Assembly: GCA_030390025.1 (NCBI GenBank)
Contig: CM059433.1
Location: 8,248,001-8,312,000 of the forward strand
From: Squalus acanthias
Lineage: Eukaryota
Length of the DNA stretch: 64,000 bases
Direction of reading: 5' to 3'
Shown here one piece after another: positions 11,137 to 23,825 of the stretch. Position 1 is the first letter of the stretch; each line of letters opens with the position of its first letter. The notes beneath the pieces were generated by a model that worked only from the letters and a program-made list of their open reading frames with translations, was not told the origin of the DNA and did not search any database. Both the position numbers and the translations under genes were made by a program.

Positions 11137-12050
11137 CGGAGGGGGGAGTGGGGAGGGGCGGAGGGGGGAGGGGGCGGAGGGGGGAGCGGGGAGGGGGAGG
11201 AGGGGGGAGTGGGGAGGGGTGGAGGGGGGAGTGGGGAGGGGTGGAGGGGGGAGTGGGGAGGGGTGGAGGGGGGAGGGGGGAGTGGGGAGGGGCGCAGGGG
11301 GGAGGGGGCGGAGGGGGGAGCGGGGAGGGGGAGGAGGGGGGAGTGGGGAGGGGCGGAGGGGGGAGGGGGCGGAGTGGGAAGGGGCGGAGGGGGAATGGGG
11401 AAGAGACGGAGGGGGGAGTGGGGAGGGGGAGGAGGGGGAGTGGGCAGGGGCGGAGGGGGGAGGGAGGAAGGGGCGGAGGGGGGAGTGGGCAGGGGCGGAG
11501 GGGGGAGGGAGGAAGGGGCGGAGGGGGGAGTGGGGAGGGTGCGGAGGTGGAGTGGGGAGGGCAGAGGGAGGTGTGGGGAGGGGGCAGAGGGGGGAGTGGG
11601 GAGGGGGCGGAGGGGGGAGTATGGGGGGGGAAGGGGGAGTGTGGGGGGGGATTGGGGAGTGTGGAGGGGGCGGAGGGGGGAGTGTGGAGGGGGCGGAGGG
11701 GGTGTGGGGAGGGGCGGAGGGGGGAGTGAGGAGGGGGTGGAGGGGGGAGTGTGGGGGGGAGGGGGGAGTGTGGGGGGGAGGGGGCGGAGGGGGGAGTGTG
11801 GAGGGGGCGGAGGGGGTGTGGGGAGGGGGCGGAGGGGGGAGTGGGGAGGGGGCGGAGGGGGGAGTGTGGAGGGGCAGAGGGGGGAGTGGGGATGTGGCGG
11901 AGGGGGGAGTGGGGAGCGGGCGGAGGGTGGAGTGGGGGGGCGGTGGGGGGAGTGGGGAGGAGGCGGAGGGGGAGTGGGTGGAGGGGGGAGAGGGGAGGGG
12001 ATGGAGTGGAGATGGGGCAAAGGTGAGAGTGGGGAGGGTGCGGAGGAGTG
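11137..12050. repeat. Extremely G-rich minisatellite (~22-bp unit ggggcggaggggggagtgggga)
   Basis: Directly visible. The Pro- and Gly-rich ORFs here are artefacts. Confidence 0.95.
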
Positions 12051-12182
12051 GTCAGTATTGTAAATTGAACTCTCTTTCATTTTATCCATTTTCAATCCAT
12101 TTTTCAATATCAGCATCAAGCACCCTTGGTCAGGTGTAGTGTAGATTCAGAGTAATGCCTTTGTTACAATTAGGGATGAATG

Positions 12183-13296
12183 GCCCATCACCCACTGTGC
12201 TCGCTGACCTACATTGGTTCCCGGTTAAGTAACGCCTCGATATTAAAATTCTCATCTTTGTTTTCAAATCCCTCCATGGCCTCACCCCTCCCTATCTATG
12301 TAACCTCCTCCAACCCTACAACCCTCCGAGATATCTGTGCTCCTCTAATTCTGGCCTCTTGTGCATCCCCGATTTTAATCGTTCCGCCTTTGGTGGCCGT
12401 GCCTTCAGCTGCCGAAGTCCTAAGCTCTGGAATTCCCTATCTAAACCTCTCCGCCTCTCTACCTTTCTTTCCTCCATTAAGACGCTCCTTAAAACCTACC
12501 TTTTTTAAAATTTGTTTATGGGATGTGGGCGTCGCTGGCAAGGCCAGCATTTATTGCCCATCCCTAATTGCCCTTGAGAAGGTGGTGGTGAGGCGCCTTC
12601 TTGAACCGCTGCAGTCCGTGTGGTGAAGGTGCTCCCACAGTGCTGTTAGGGAGGGAGTTCCAGGATTTTGACCCAGCGATGATGAAGGAACGGCGATATA
12701 CTTCTAAGTCAGGATGGTGTGTGACTTGGAGGGGAACTTGGAGGTGGTGGTGTTCCCATGCGCCTGCTGCCCTTGTCCTTCTAGGTGGAAGAGGTTGCGG
12801 GTTTGGGTGGTGCTGCCGAAGAAGCCTTGGCGAGTTGCTGCAGTGCATCTTGTAGATGGTACACACTGCGGGCTGCTTTGTCCTGGATGGTGTCGAGCTT
12901 CTTGAGTGTTGTTGGAGCTGCACTCATCCAGGCAAGTGGAGAGTATTCCATCACACTTGTGATTTGTGCCTTGTAGATGGTGGAAAGGCTTTGGGGAGTC
13001 AGGAGGTGAGACACTCGCCCCAGAATGCCCAGCCTCTGACCTGCTCTTGTTGCCACAGTATTTATGTGGCTGGTCCAGTTAAGTTTCTGGTTAATGATGA
13101 CCCCCAGGATGTTGATGGTGGGGGATTCGGCGATGGTAATGCTGTTGAATGTCTTTGACCAAGCGTTTGGTCATCTGCCCTAATATCTCCTTTTACGGGT
13201 CGGTGTAAAATTTTGTTTGATAAAGCTTCTGTGAAGCGCTTTGGGGCGTTTTACTACGTGAAAAGAGCTAGATAAATACAAGTTGTTGTGTTGTTG
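12183..13296 (+). mobile_element. L2 LINE 3' fragment split by a CR1-group insertion
   Basis: cccatcacccactgtgctcgctgacctacattgg...aaaacctacc | tctttgaccaagc...aaatacaagttgttgtgttg tail. Confidence 0.88.
12502..13152 (-). mobile_element. CR1-group (Zenon/Crack-like) LINE 3' fragment
   Basis: MEYSPLAWMSAAPTTLKKLDTIQDKAA; same family as 32908-35945. Confidence 0.88.
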
Positions 13297-13339
13297 AAGT
13301 GTATTAAACAATGCTGCCCCAGTCACACCAGATGAATTC

Positions 13340-13980
13340 CAACAACAACAACAACTTGTATTTATATAGCGCCTTTAACGTAGTAAAACTTCCCAAGGTG
13401 CTGCACAGGAGTATTATAAGACAAAAAATTTGACACCGAGTCACATAAAGAAAAATTAGGGCAGGTGACCAAAAGATTGGTCAAAGAGGTAGGTTTTAAG
13501 GAGCGTCTTAAAGGAGGAAAGAGAGGTAGTGAGACGGAGAGGTTTAGGCAGGGAATTCCAGAGCTTGGGGCCTAGGCAGCAGAAGGCACGGCCACCAATG
13601 GTTGAGCGATTATAATCAGGGATGCTCAAGAGGGCAGAATTAGAGGAGCGCAGATATCTCAGGGGAGGGTTGTGGGGCTGAAGGAGATTACAGAGATAGG
13701 GAGGGGCGAGGCCATGGAGGGATTTGAAAACAAGGATGAGAATTTTGAAATCGAGGCGTTGCTTAACCGGGAGCCAATGTAGGTCAGTGAGCACAGGGGT
13801 GATGGGCGAACGGGACTTGGTGCGAGTTAAGACATGGGCAGCCGAGTTTTAGATGACCTCATGTTTACGTAGGCCAGCCAGGAGTGCGTTGGAATAGTCA
13901 AGTCTAGAGGTAACAAAGACATGGATGAGGGTTTCAGCAGTAGATGAGCTGAAGCAAGGGCGGAGACTGGCAATGTTACG
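13340..13980 (-). mobile_element. L2 LINE 3' fragment
   Basis: (caa)n tail. LTDLHWLPVKQRLDFKILILVFKSLHGLAPPYL...GGRAF...LKTYLF. Confidence 0.93.
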
Positions 13981-13984
13981 GAGT

Positions 13985-15625
13985 GTGAAATATTAGATGA
14001 AATAAACATAGTGAGAGAGGAAGTATTAAGGGGTTTAGCAGCTCTAAAAGTGGATAAATCCCCAGGCCTGGATTAAATGTATCCCAGGCTGTTAAGCGAA
14101 GCAAAAGAGGAAATAGCAGAGGCCCTGACCATCATTTTCCAATCCTCTCTTGCTTCAGGTGTGGTGCTGGAGGACTGGAGGACTGCTAATGTTGTACCAT
14201 TGTTTAAAAGGGGAGAAAAGGATAGACCGAGTAATTAGAGGCTAGTCAGCCTAACCTCGGTGGTGGGAAAATTATTGGAAAGAATTCTGAAGGTCAGGAT
14301 AAATCTTCATTTAGAAAGACACACATTAATCAAGGATAGTCAGTATGGATTTGGTAAAGGGAAGGTCGTGTCTGACAAACTTGATTGAATTTTTTGAGGA
14401 CGTAACAAGGAGGGTAGATGAGGGTAGTGCGTTTGATGTAGTGTATGGACTTTAGCAAGGCTTTTGATAAGGTTCCACATGGCAGACTGGTCACGAAGTT
14501 AAAATCCCATGGGATCCAGGGCAAAGTGTCAAGTTGGATTCAAAACTGGCTCGGAAGCAGGAAGCAGAGGGTAATGGTTGATGGGTGTTTTTGTGACTGG
14601 AAGGCTGTTTCCAGTGGGGTTCTGCAGGGCTCAGTACTAGGTCCCTTGCTTTTTGTGGTATATATCAATGATCTGGACTTGAATATAGGGGGTATGATTA
14701 AGAAGTTTGCAGATGATACTAAAATCGGCTGTGTGGTTGATACTGAAGAAGGAAGCTGTAGACTGCAGGAAGATATCAATTTATTGGTCAGGTGGGCAGA
14801 ACAGTGGCAAATGGAATTCAATCCAGAGAAGTGTGAGGTAATGCATTTGGGGAGGGCTAACAAGGAAAGGGAATACACATTAAATGGTAGGACACTGAGT
14901 AGTGTAGAGGAACAAAGGGATATTGGAGTGCATGTCCACAGATTCCTGAAGGTAGCAGACCAGGTAGATAAGGTGGTTAAGAAGGCATACGGAATGCTTG
15001 CCTTTATTAGCCGTGGCATAGAATACAAGAGCAGGGGGGTTATGCTTCAACTGTATAAAACACAAGTTAGGCCTCAGCTAGAGTACTGCGTGCAGTTCTG
15101 GTCACCACATTACAGGAAAGATGTGATTGCACTGGAGAGGGTACAGAGGAAATTTACAAGGATGTTGCCGGGAGTGGAGAATCTTAGCTATGAGGAAAGA
15201 CTGGATAGGCTGGGTTTGTTTTCCTTGGAACAGAGGAGGCTGAGGGGAGACCTTTTTGAGGTGTATAAAATTATGAGGGGCCTAGATAAAGTGGATAGAA
15301 AGGACCTATTTCCTTAACAGAGGGGTCAAAAACCAGGGGGCACAGATTTAAAGTAATTGGTGGAAGGTTTAGAGGGGATTTGAGGGGAAATTTCTTCACC
15401 CAGAGGGTTGTGGGGGTCTGGAACTCACTGCCTGAAAGGGTGGTAGAGGCAGGAACCCTAACCACATTTAAAAAGTACTTGGATGTACACTTGGGATGCT
15501 CTAACCTACAGGGTTACGGACCAAGAGCTGGGAAGTGGGATTAGGCTGGATAGCTCTTTGTTGGCCGGCGCGGACACGATGGGCCGAAATGGCCTCCTTC
15601 CGTGCTGTAACTTTCTGTGATTCTA
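13985..15625 (+). mobile_element. CR1 LINE, 5'-truncated, degenerate RT (ORF2)
   Basis: DFSKAFDKVPH...SGVLQGSVLGPLLF...KFADDTK...RPQLEYCVQFWSP. Upstream stops and frameshifts. attctatga tail. Confidence 0.95.
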
Positions 15626-15629
15626 TGAT

Positions 15630-15825
15630 CCTAGGTGGAAGTAGACAGTCTTTGTTATGCTGCGGATGTGTGGTCGGAAGCTCATTTCAGGGTCAAATAT
15701 GACACCAAGGTTGCAAACAGAGTGGTTCAGCCTCAGACAGATGTTAGAGAGAGGGATGGAGTCAGTGGCTAGGGAACGGAGTTTGTGGCTGGGACCGAAA
15801 ACAACGGCTTCGGTCTTCCTAATAT
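15630..15825 (-). mobile_element. L2 internal fragment
   Basis: NIRKTEAVVFGP...NLGVIFDPEMSFRPHIRSITK. Confidence 0.8.
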
Positions 15826-18800
15826 TCCTAACACTCCCTGCATACAATGCAACTTCAATTTCCTCTGAAACTCAGAGGAACATTCCACATGCAGAGGCAC
15901 GTAGCTATGATGTATAATGCAGCACACGTTTGCTCGTACTGACATTGTAACACTCTTGATTGTCAGGAGCAAACCAGAGCGCCTAGTAATCACAGCCAAT
16001 TTCATCTGGTTCCGTACGTGCTTACTGGAGTTCAGCAATCCAGTGTGGTGTACGGGCGTTGGACACAGGTTAGTAAAGACACAGGGTTGTCTTGTTGTAC
16101 ATCGTGGTATCACAGTGTCATGACACAGTCTGATTTTAGCCGCTATGCTGAAACTAGCTCAGTGCATCTCCACCATCTACTAAATTGAGTCTCTGTGGAG
16201 ATGGAACAGATAGGAATGCAGTTTATCTGCTCTGTGATACGGTTTTCACACAAACATTTATACACCTATGGACGTAAATTCAATGCAATTTCTATTTCCA
16301 ACACTAGCTATTCCTGTGGCCTGGCCACAGCAGATTCAAGGGAGTGTCCTGCATATTACTGTAATCCGGAATTCAGATCTCAGAAGGTTGCTTTATTATA
16401 ATAATTTAGGGGACTTTGTGTCGGCAAAAATATTGTACAAATCTACATAAATTTCTTTTCTAAGCATAACCCGTGACTAATGCGAAAATTCCCCCAAATA
16501 TACTGCTCTGAAATTCAGTCATCTTTCCAAGCTTGTGCTTGCAGATGACAGTCACCACTGGGAGGAAGTTCGAGAACAGCAGAGTTTTATTTATTATTTA
16601 AATTCATTCAATATGTTATGTCAAATTTTATTTTGAATATTCCGTAATAATTCAAAAGACCCAAAAATGATCAAAGTTCAGAGACATTCTTGGGAGTGGG
16701 TGTATTTCTGATTGCATCCAGCTTTCCCTTGGTTGGATGTGAACCATCTTTGTCTACTCTGTGCCCCGAAGTGCTCCACTGAGTTTTGAAACAACTCACA
16801 CTGGTGAGCTGTCACTCGTACTCCGTGCTTCTCTAGCCGTTTGAGCACTTCATTTCATACTCATTTCAGCACCTCATCATGGATTTGCCTGTTTGGTGCT
16901 GAAATGAGTCTGTCATCCAAATAACACACTACCCCTTCAATCCCTTGCAAAATTTGGTTCATCGCCCCCTGGAATATGTTGGGGGCAGAAGACACTCCAA
17001 ATGGTAGCCTATTGAACTGATGTAGGCCTCGGTGAGTATTTATAGTCATGCATGACTTGGACTCTTCATCTAACTCAAGTTGTAGGTAGGCGTTTGTTAG
17101 ATTAACTTCGCAAAGATCTGGCCACCTGTCAGCGTTGTGAACAAATCTTCCACATTTGACAATGTATTGGGTAGATTACACTCTAGAACCTGGTTTACGG
17201 TTACCTTATAATCACCACACAACCTTACCTTACCATCTGACTTAGGTACAACAACAATGGGTGTAGCCCAATTACTCAGGTCTACCTTAGAGATAATGTT
17301 CTCAGTTTCTAGTCTTTTGAGTTCTTGCTCAACTTTCTCCTTGAGTGCGTATGGTACGGGACGTGGCTTGCAGTAAACTGGTCTTGCGTCCTTCTGCACT
17401 CTGACACTCGCCTTGATGTCTTGGATCGGACTGCCCGTTTCGCTGAACACCTTCGGATACTGCTTGATGACATCATCTTTCGATGCAAGTTTCGCTTCCA
17501 CACGAAAAATCTCATTCCAATCCAGCTTCAGTGATCTCAACCAATTTCTACCTATCAAGGCAGGCTCGTCTCCTGCCACTACTATGAGAGGCAAGCTCTG
17601 ACACTGATCCTTGTATTTCACTGGTATGGTGACACTTCCTACTACAGGGATTTGCTCTCCTGAGTAGCCTCGCAGCTCTACCTTCGATTTCTCTAGTCGA
17701 TAATCATGCAACTTGTCGCGATATCGTGATTCCAGTACTACGCTCACGGATGCACCAGTGTCGATTTCCATGGGTATCCTGGTTCCTGCGACATCTACTT
17801 GGATGACGATACCTTGCGAATCGCTGTTAGATACCTTCGTGCTCCTGATGATGTGAATCTCCAGAAACTCCTCGTCCTGCTGCTTCTCTTCAACGGTATG
17901 TAGTGTCTGGCGGTTTCTACTTCTAGCATTGCCAGTCGGTTTACTCTTCTGTCTCTACGCCTTCGCAAGATACCCAGTTTTCTTGCAGTAGAAACACTCT
18001 GCCTTCACATATGGACAGCTTTGAGCGATGTGTTGTCCCAGGCACCGATAGCACGACTTCAATGCACTGTTACCATGGCCAGTTGCTGAGACCTTGGGGC
18101 CCAACTGCCTTTTACTTTTAGCCTGCAGTCGATTCACCTCGGTTGTCTGACGACTGGAAATGGCGCGAAACTCTCAGGAATATTGGTCGGCCATATCCAT
18201 CGACATAGCTGTCTGACAAGCTAAGTCAAAAGTCAAGTTAGGGGTTGTCAACAATTTACTTCTGATACGTTAATTTTTCAACCCACAAACAAAGCGGTCA
18301 CGCAAAGCTCGGTCCTGAAAGTTTCCGAAATGACAGTGAATGGATAGCTTTTTTAAAGCTACAATGTGCTCACTGATACCCTCCTCATTTAATTGATCAC
18401 GTGTTCCAAAACGATAACTTTCAGCAATTTCCAGGGGCTCAGGACTGTAGTGCTGTTCTAACTGGGTCAGGATCTTCTTCAGTGGCGTGTCCTTCGGCTT
18501 GGCGGGAACAAGCAACATTTTTCAGGGTTTCATACACCTCGGGGCCTGCTTCAGTCAAAAAAATAGCCCGTTTCATTTCTAAAACCGCCGGTTACGGTTT
18601 ACATCATCGGGGACTTCGACGATACTATTCGCGGTGAAAAACATTTCTAGCCGCTCCACACACGCTCTGAAAGTCACTCGGTCGCGATGGAACTCACCCA
18701 AGCGCCCTATTATTCCCATAGGCATGGCAATCTGGACTCTGGCAACGTCAACATTTCCGCCACGTGTGCTCAAATTTTACTTCGGATTTTTAAGTTTTTC

Positions 18801-18881
18801 TGCAAAACGAAGAACCTCTAACAGTCCCTCCGTCGGTTGGCAGGATTATCCTCCAACAAAAGTTTCAGCTCGGGAATCCGC

Positions 18882-18900
18882 AATCGCATCCTCATCGCCA
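18882..18900 (-). other. Primer-binding site, complementary to the tRNA-Ser(GCT) 3' end
   Basis: Plus strand aatcgcatcctcatcgcca versus the vertebrate tRNA-Ser(GCT) end AATCCCATCCTCGTCGCCA (recalled): 2 mismatches. Confidence 0.75.
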
Positions 18901-18904
18901 ATTC

Positions 18905-19044
18905 TGTGATATCTTGAGACACAGCATATATATACAACAGCACAACATGGCTTCCGAGTAAGAACTGTACTGCACATGGCTTTATTATTATATACATCAG
19001 TAGTTCACCAGGTGGCTCTATTACAATTACATACCTGTAATACA
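18905..19044 (-). repeat. 5' LTR (~140 bp) of the Gypsy element
   Basis: Minus strand TGTATT...ATCACA with internal TATA-like and AATAAA motifs, lying 4 nt upstream of the PBS. Confidence 0.75.
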
Positions 19045-19239
19045 ATTGAGGAGTTCTAATAAGATCACAATTTCAAGAATGAACCTCAAAAGCTGTCAGC
19101 TTTTACAACACATGACAATGTGAAGAAAAATATGACAACAGTTGTGAAAGACCTCAACTATTTCACAAATTATGGTAGAAAAGGCCAGTGATACATGACA
19201 AATATTTCACTGTGTGATACTGGAAACATATAAATCATT

Positions 19240-19963
19240 GGCCCAAAAATCCGTGAGGAAGCCTTCGTGCGAGGGTAAGGCCTCCCCGCGATCTCTCACT
19301 GCGCGTTGGCTTTTTCAGTTCCAGCTCGCACGAACTTGATGTTCTGGACAGCTGCTGTGCTGGGCTTGCGTATCCCACCGGCGTAGTTAATTCGTGCGAG
19401 CTGTGGGATCACGTGACTCAGTTAGAGCCAATGGCAGCACACCATCTTCCATTCATAACTTTCACATACGTGCTGTGAAAGCTATGAATACTATAGCCCC
19501 CCAAAAGAACCGCTAAACCTCAATTAAATTTAAAAAAAACCATCACATTAATAAAATAAGTATAGTTAAATAAATTAACTACTTTAAATAAAAAATTAAA
19601 TTTTTGAAAAAATTTAAAATCTTTTAAAAAGTTATAAAAATAAACTTACCTGTCTTTAAAGTCTCTAAAAAAGATATACCTGTTAAAAAAAATTCAAAAT
19701 AATACTTAATTCACTACTTACCTTGTTAAAAGTGGGTCTTACTCCTCCTTTTTTTATGTGTAGAATCTTCCGTACTTACCTGCGAGTTGAAACCACTAAG
19801 TGCACAGCGTGCGCGCAGCCTGTAGCGCGCACGCGGTTCACCTAGGAACCGCCCCCTTTTCCATTCACCAAGTGCCGGTTTTCAGCGCATGCGCAGTGCA
19901 TGCAGAAAACCGGCAATTGGAGACAGAATACGCGAGAGTACGCACTGCACTAATTTTTGGGCC
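19240..19963. mobile_element. MITE; inverted sister copy of 31762-32505
   Basis: Perfect 11-bp TIR ggcccaaaaat / atttttgggcc. GC-rich arms and AT-rich core. Reverse-complement match to the 32-kb copy. Confidence 0.9.
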
Positions 19964-20136
19964 TTTATCTCACACTGACATGAGACAGGTCAATAAAGTC
20001 CTGCAACTTCTTAATCTAATGTCATTTGGAAATGTTAAACTGGAATGGCAGTAGGTTGATGGTGGACCAGTGCTCCGATAGATTGGGCCACAGGAGTGGA
20101 TGGATGTTGAGTCACGCCAACAATTCCTAACACACT

Positions 20137-20900
20137 GGCCCGGAATTTGCGATCAGCGTTGAAGTGCTGGCGCTCACCACTGACCTCAAAGAAAGCTGCC
20201 ACAAAGATCTAGCGATCTTTGTGGGGTGAATTTCAGCTCTCCTGATGTTATTTTGAATCTGGCACCAAATCAAGCAAATCTCCACCGTTCTGCAACAGTG
20301 ATGTCATCAAGCTGGCTAAGCAGCCAATCGCATTGAAGAATTCTCACAGACAGCAAACCAGGAAGTAAAATGCACAGATTATAATTTACTTTTTATAAAT
20401 TTTACAAAGCAAAATAAAGATTGGGACATACACATAGGATTAAAGTAGGAGCTGAAATATCGTAAACAATTAAAAAAAAAATTATTATATTAAAAACCAT
20501 GTGATTCTTAATATATTAATGGAGAAATTTGACATTCCACAAATTTTAAATTAGCTTTTCAGGGTCAGAATGGTTGTTCAGCAGTCAATACGCCGTTTGA
20601 AACCCAGTTACGCCTCTTTCAACAAGGCTTAACTTTTTCGGGGAAATTAACAGCGATATTCCAGCATAATAGGGGAAGTTTTCGTCAGGAACTACAATTC
20701 AGTGTGATTTGAATTGATTGCTGGCTCTGGGGAGTTCCATAGCACCACCTGTGGAGGAGCCGGGAATGACTGACCGCAGCTTCTGGATTTTCGTGTTTAT
20801 CTGCGCACGCGCTGACTCCAGAAGTTGCGGTCACTTTCAGGGGAGTAATGACGAAGAACGCTGACAGTTTTGCCATCATTACCACCGCAAAATCCAGGCC
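20137..20900. mobile_element. MITE (Harbinger-like TIR)
   Basis: TIRs ggcccggaatttgcg / cgcaaaatccaggcc. AT-rich core. Flanks act / aat. Confidence 0.8.
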
Positions 20901-21160
20901 AATGAGTTACCAATCAAAGGAATCAAATTGGAACTGAGCTACTGGTAGTTTTCCTGAAAGTGGGATTGAGAATGCCATTGGTAAAGTCTGAGCAATACAG
21001 TATAAGGAATTATCAGAGAATGGTCACTTACAGTTGGATCTCAGCAACGAGGCAAACATTTTTATCTGAACGCAAGAAAGATTGCTGATCTCCTAATTTA
21101 TTTGATATTGCTTTTATCTACATGAAATACATAAATAATCAACCAAGTTACATCAGAATA

Positions 21161-21570
21161 GAAAGAAAGACGTGCATTTATATAGCGCCTTTCACGACCA
21201 CCGGACGTCTCAAAGCGCTTCACAGCCAGTGAAGTACTTTTGAAGTGGAGTCACTGTTGGAATGTGGGAAACGCGGCAGCCAATTTGCGCACAGCAAGCT
21301 CCCACAAACAGCAATGTGATAATGACCAGATAATCTGTTTTTGTTATGTTGGTTGAGGGATAAATATTGGCCAGGACACCGGGGATAACTCCCCTGCTCT
21401 TCTTCAAAATAGTGCCATGGGATCTACGTCCACCTGAGAGAGCAGACGGGGCCTCGGTTTAACGGCTCATCTGAAAGACGGCACCTCCGACAGTGCAGCG
21501 CTCCCTCAGCACTGCACTGGGAGTGTCAGCCTAGCTTTATGTGCTCAAGTCCCTGGAGTGGGGACTTGAA
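21161..21570 (-). mobile_element. Deu-domain tRNA SINE, 5'-truncated
   Basis: Reverse complement of the 62554-63030 family. Confidence 0.92.
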
Positions 21571-22859
21571 TAAACAGGCTAACGTCAGTGTTAAAATAGT
21601 ACAAACAGGAATTTTTGATAATGGGTTAATGGGTTTGCTTTAAACAACGCACAAAAGGAATTATGCTCACAGCTGTCTGTGGGGCAGAGATGAGGGGTGG
21701 CTTGACTCTGGTAAAATGACACAATGAGCCTCCCTGCCAGGACATTCTTACATGGAGGGAGGATCTGGCAATCTGAGAAAATCAGGGGAAAAAAATAGTG
21801 TGTTCTCACAGAAGGAAATCCACCCTACAAAATAACCAGCAGCAATGGAGAACTGTGGGCCACAATGAGGGAAGATTTCCTCCCAGCATTCTATCGAACA
21901 AAATCATAAACCCCCTCGATAAAGAACGGGGTTTCTGATTTTTGTTACACATAGCACACAGAGGAACTCATCCCCTTGATACGTCCAACTTGTGATTAAG
22001 ACGTCCGTAGCAACCTTGCGAAATTGTCACTTGTGGTTCAAGAGATCTTTCTCCTTTGCGGGATAAACTGCCTTTCCAACTATTCCCCCACTGCATGTCC
22101 TCTAATCTTAAGAGGTATGTGTCTGTCTGTCCGGGGCAATCTCAGAAGAGCTCCAGTCTATTTTGTTTCCCGCCGCACGGCAGGGCTACACCGAAATGAT
22201 AGCCCAGATGCGAATGATATCTGACAGCGTATTACTTGCGTGTCAGTGCCTGAGCAGCTTCCCTTGGAATGAGTCAATTTATTTTTATTTTCATTAATTT
22301 TAATGGGAAAATGGGCTTAGCAAACTGGGTAATATGTGTAATTTACACCTTATCTTGACTAAAGTAGACATAACAGCTTGAGTGTTAAGCTCCAGAAATC
22401 TATTTGAATCCTTTCAGTGGATGTTAAATCTTTCTCCAACTCCAAATCCTTAATAACCTTGTCAGTGAAACAGTTTATCAGTATTCCGCAGCAAGCCTTT
22501 GAACTGTTACCAGCCAGCCTTCAGCCAGCTAAAAAACTGTAATTGTCTATTAATAAGACAACATGTTGTAGATGCTTTAGATGGGATGAAGTTTTAGTTT
22601 ACATGTTACAATTTTTTTTCGAAAAAGCCTGCACAGTTCCAATTTCCTTCTGAGGTTGGTGCGCATTAGTCCTTGGGGAATATTGAAGGAAGCCTATTCA
22701 CTCTGGAAACTTTATTCCGAAGCAAATCTGCTTTACGTCTTCAGTCTGAATGCTGTTAATAAAAAAAAAAATCAACATTTCTGTAAATGGTAATGTCATG
22801 TTTTGCCTCAATAGCAGCAGCTACTGCACTTCAAATGTGACTAATCGTGTGAAGCACTC

Positions 22860-23478
22860 CTTCATCCGCTGCTGAAACCCTCATCCATGCCTTTGTTACC
22901 GCTAGACTTGACTATTCCAATGCACTCCTGGCTGGCCTCCCACATTCCACCCTACGTAAACTTGAGGTCATCCAAAACTCAGCTGCCCGTGTCCTAACTC
23001 GCACCAAGTCCCGTTCGCCCATCACCCTTGTGCTTGCTAACCTACGTCGGCTCCTGGTTGAGTAGCGCCTCGATTTCAAAATTCTCATCCTTGTTTTCAA
23101 ATCCCTCCATGACCTCACCCCTTCCTATCTCTGTAATCTCCTCCAGCCCCACAACCCCCCCGAGATATCTGCGCTCCTCTAATTCTGCCCTCTTGAGCAT
23201 CCCTGATTATAATCGCTCAACCTTTGGTGGCCGTGCCTTCTGTTGCCTGGGCCCCAAGCTCTGGAATTCCCTGCCTAAACCTCTCCGTCTCACTACCTCT
23301 CTTTCCTCCTTTAAGACGCTCCTTAAAATCTACCTCTTTGACCAAGCTTTTGGTCACCGGCCCTAATTTCTCCGTATGTAGCTCAGTGTCAAATTTTTTG
23401 TCTTATAATACTCCTGTGCAGCACCTTGGGACGTTTTACTATGTTAAAGGTGCTATATAAATACAAGTTGTTGTTATT
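22860..23478 (+). mobile_element. L2 LINE 3' fragment
   Basis: gctgctgaaaccctcatccatgcctttgttacc...LRSSNSALLSIPDYNRSTFGGRAF...(ttg)n tail. Confidence 0.92.
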
Positions 23479-23635
23479 ATGTTTCAGCATGTTAAGAAGC
23501 TATATATCATTATACTATTTATACTATTATAAAATTAGCTGAAGAGGGACTGAACGGTGCAGTGGGCGAGAACTTTGTTGTTGATGGAAAGGTCTTACGT
23601 GAACGAAACATGGGGGGGAAGCGATCGGGAAATTC

Positions 23636-23825
23636 AATTGCGCCGTGGCCATTTTACAATTGCGCCGTGGCCATTTAACAATTGCGCCGTGGCCATTTTA
23701 CAATTGCGCCGTGGCCATTTAACAATTGCGCCGTGGCCATTTTACAATTGCGCCGTGGCCATTTTACAATTGGGCTGTGGCCATTTTACAATTGCGCCGT
23801 GGCCATTTTACAATTGTAAAATGGC
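23636..23825. repeat. 22-bp tandem array (caattgcgccgtggccatttta, ~8 copies) ending in a 24-bp perfect palindrome
   Basis: Units are visible. Palindrome gccattttacaattgtaaaatggc at 23802-23825. Confidence 0.92.

Larger units (their letters stand above)
16690..19044 (-). mobile_element. Gypsy/Ty3 LTR retrotransposon (Mag-like), 3'-truncated: 5' LTR, PBS, gag, protease, RT; frameshifted
   Basis: Gag ...LRDRFVCGL. Two Zn knuckles CYRCLGQHIAQSC and CFYCKKTGYLAKA. Protease IDTGAS. RT WATPIVVVPK..VRLCGDYK, RLPFGVSSAP, YLDD. No integrase or 3' LTR seen. Confidence 0.93.

Noticed and set aside
11031..12139. Long Pro-rich and Gly-rich ORFs (310-362 aa)
   Set aside because: They are translations of a G-rich minisatellite that is open in several frames on both strands.
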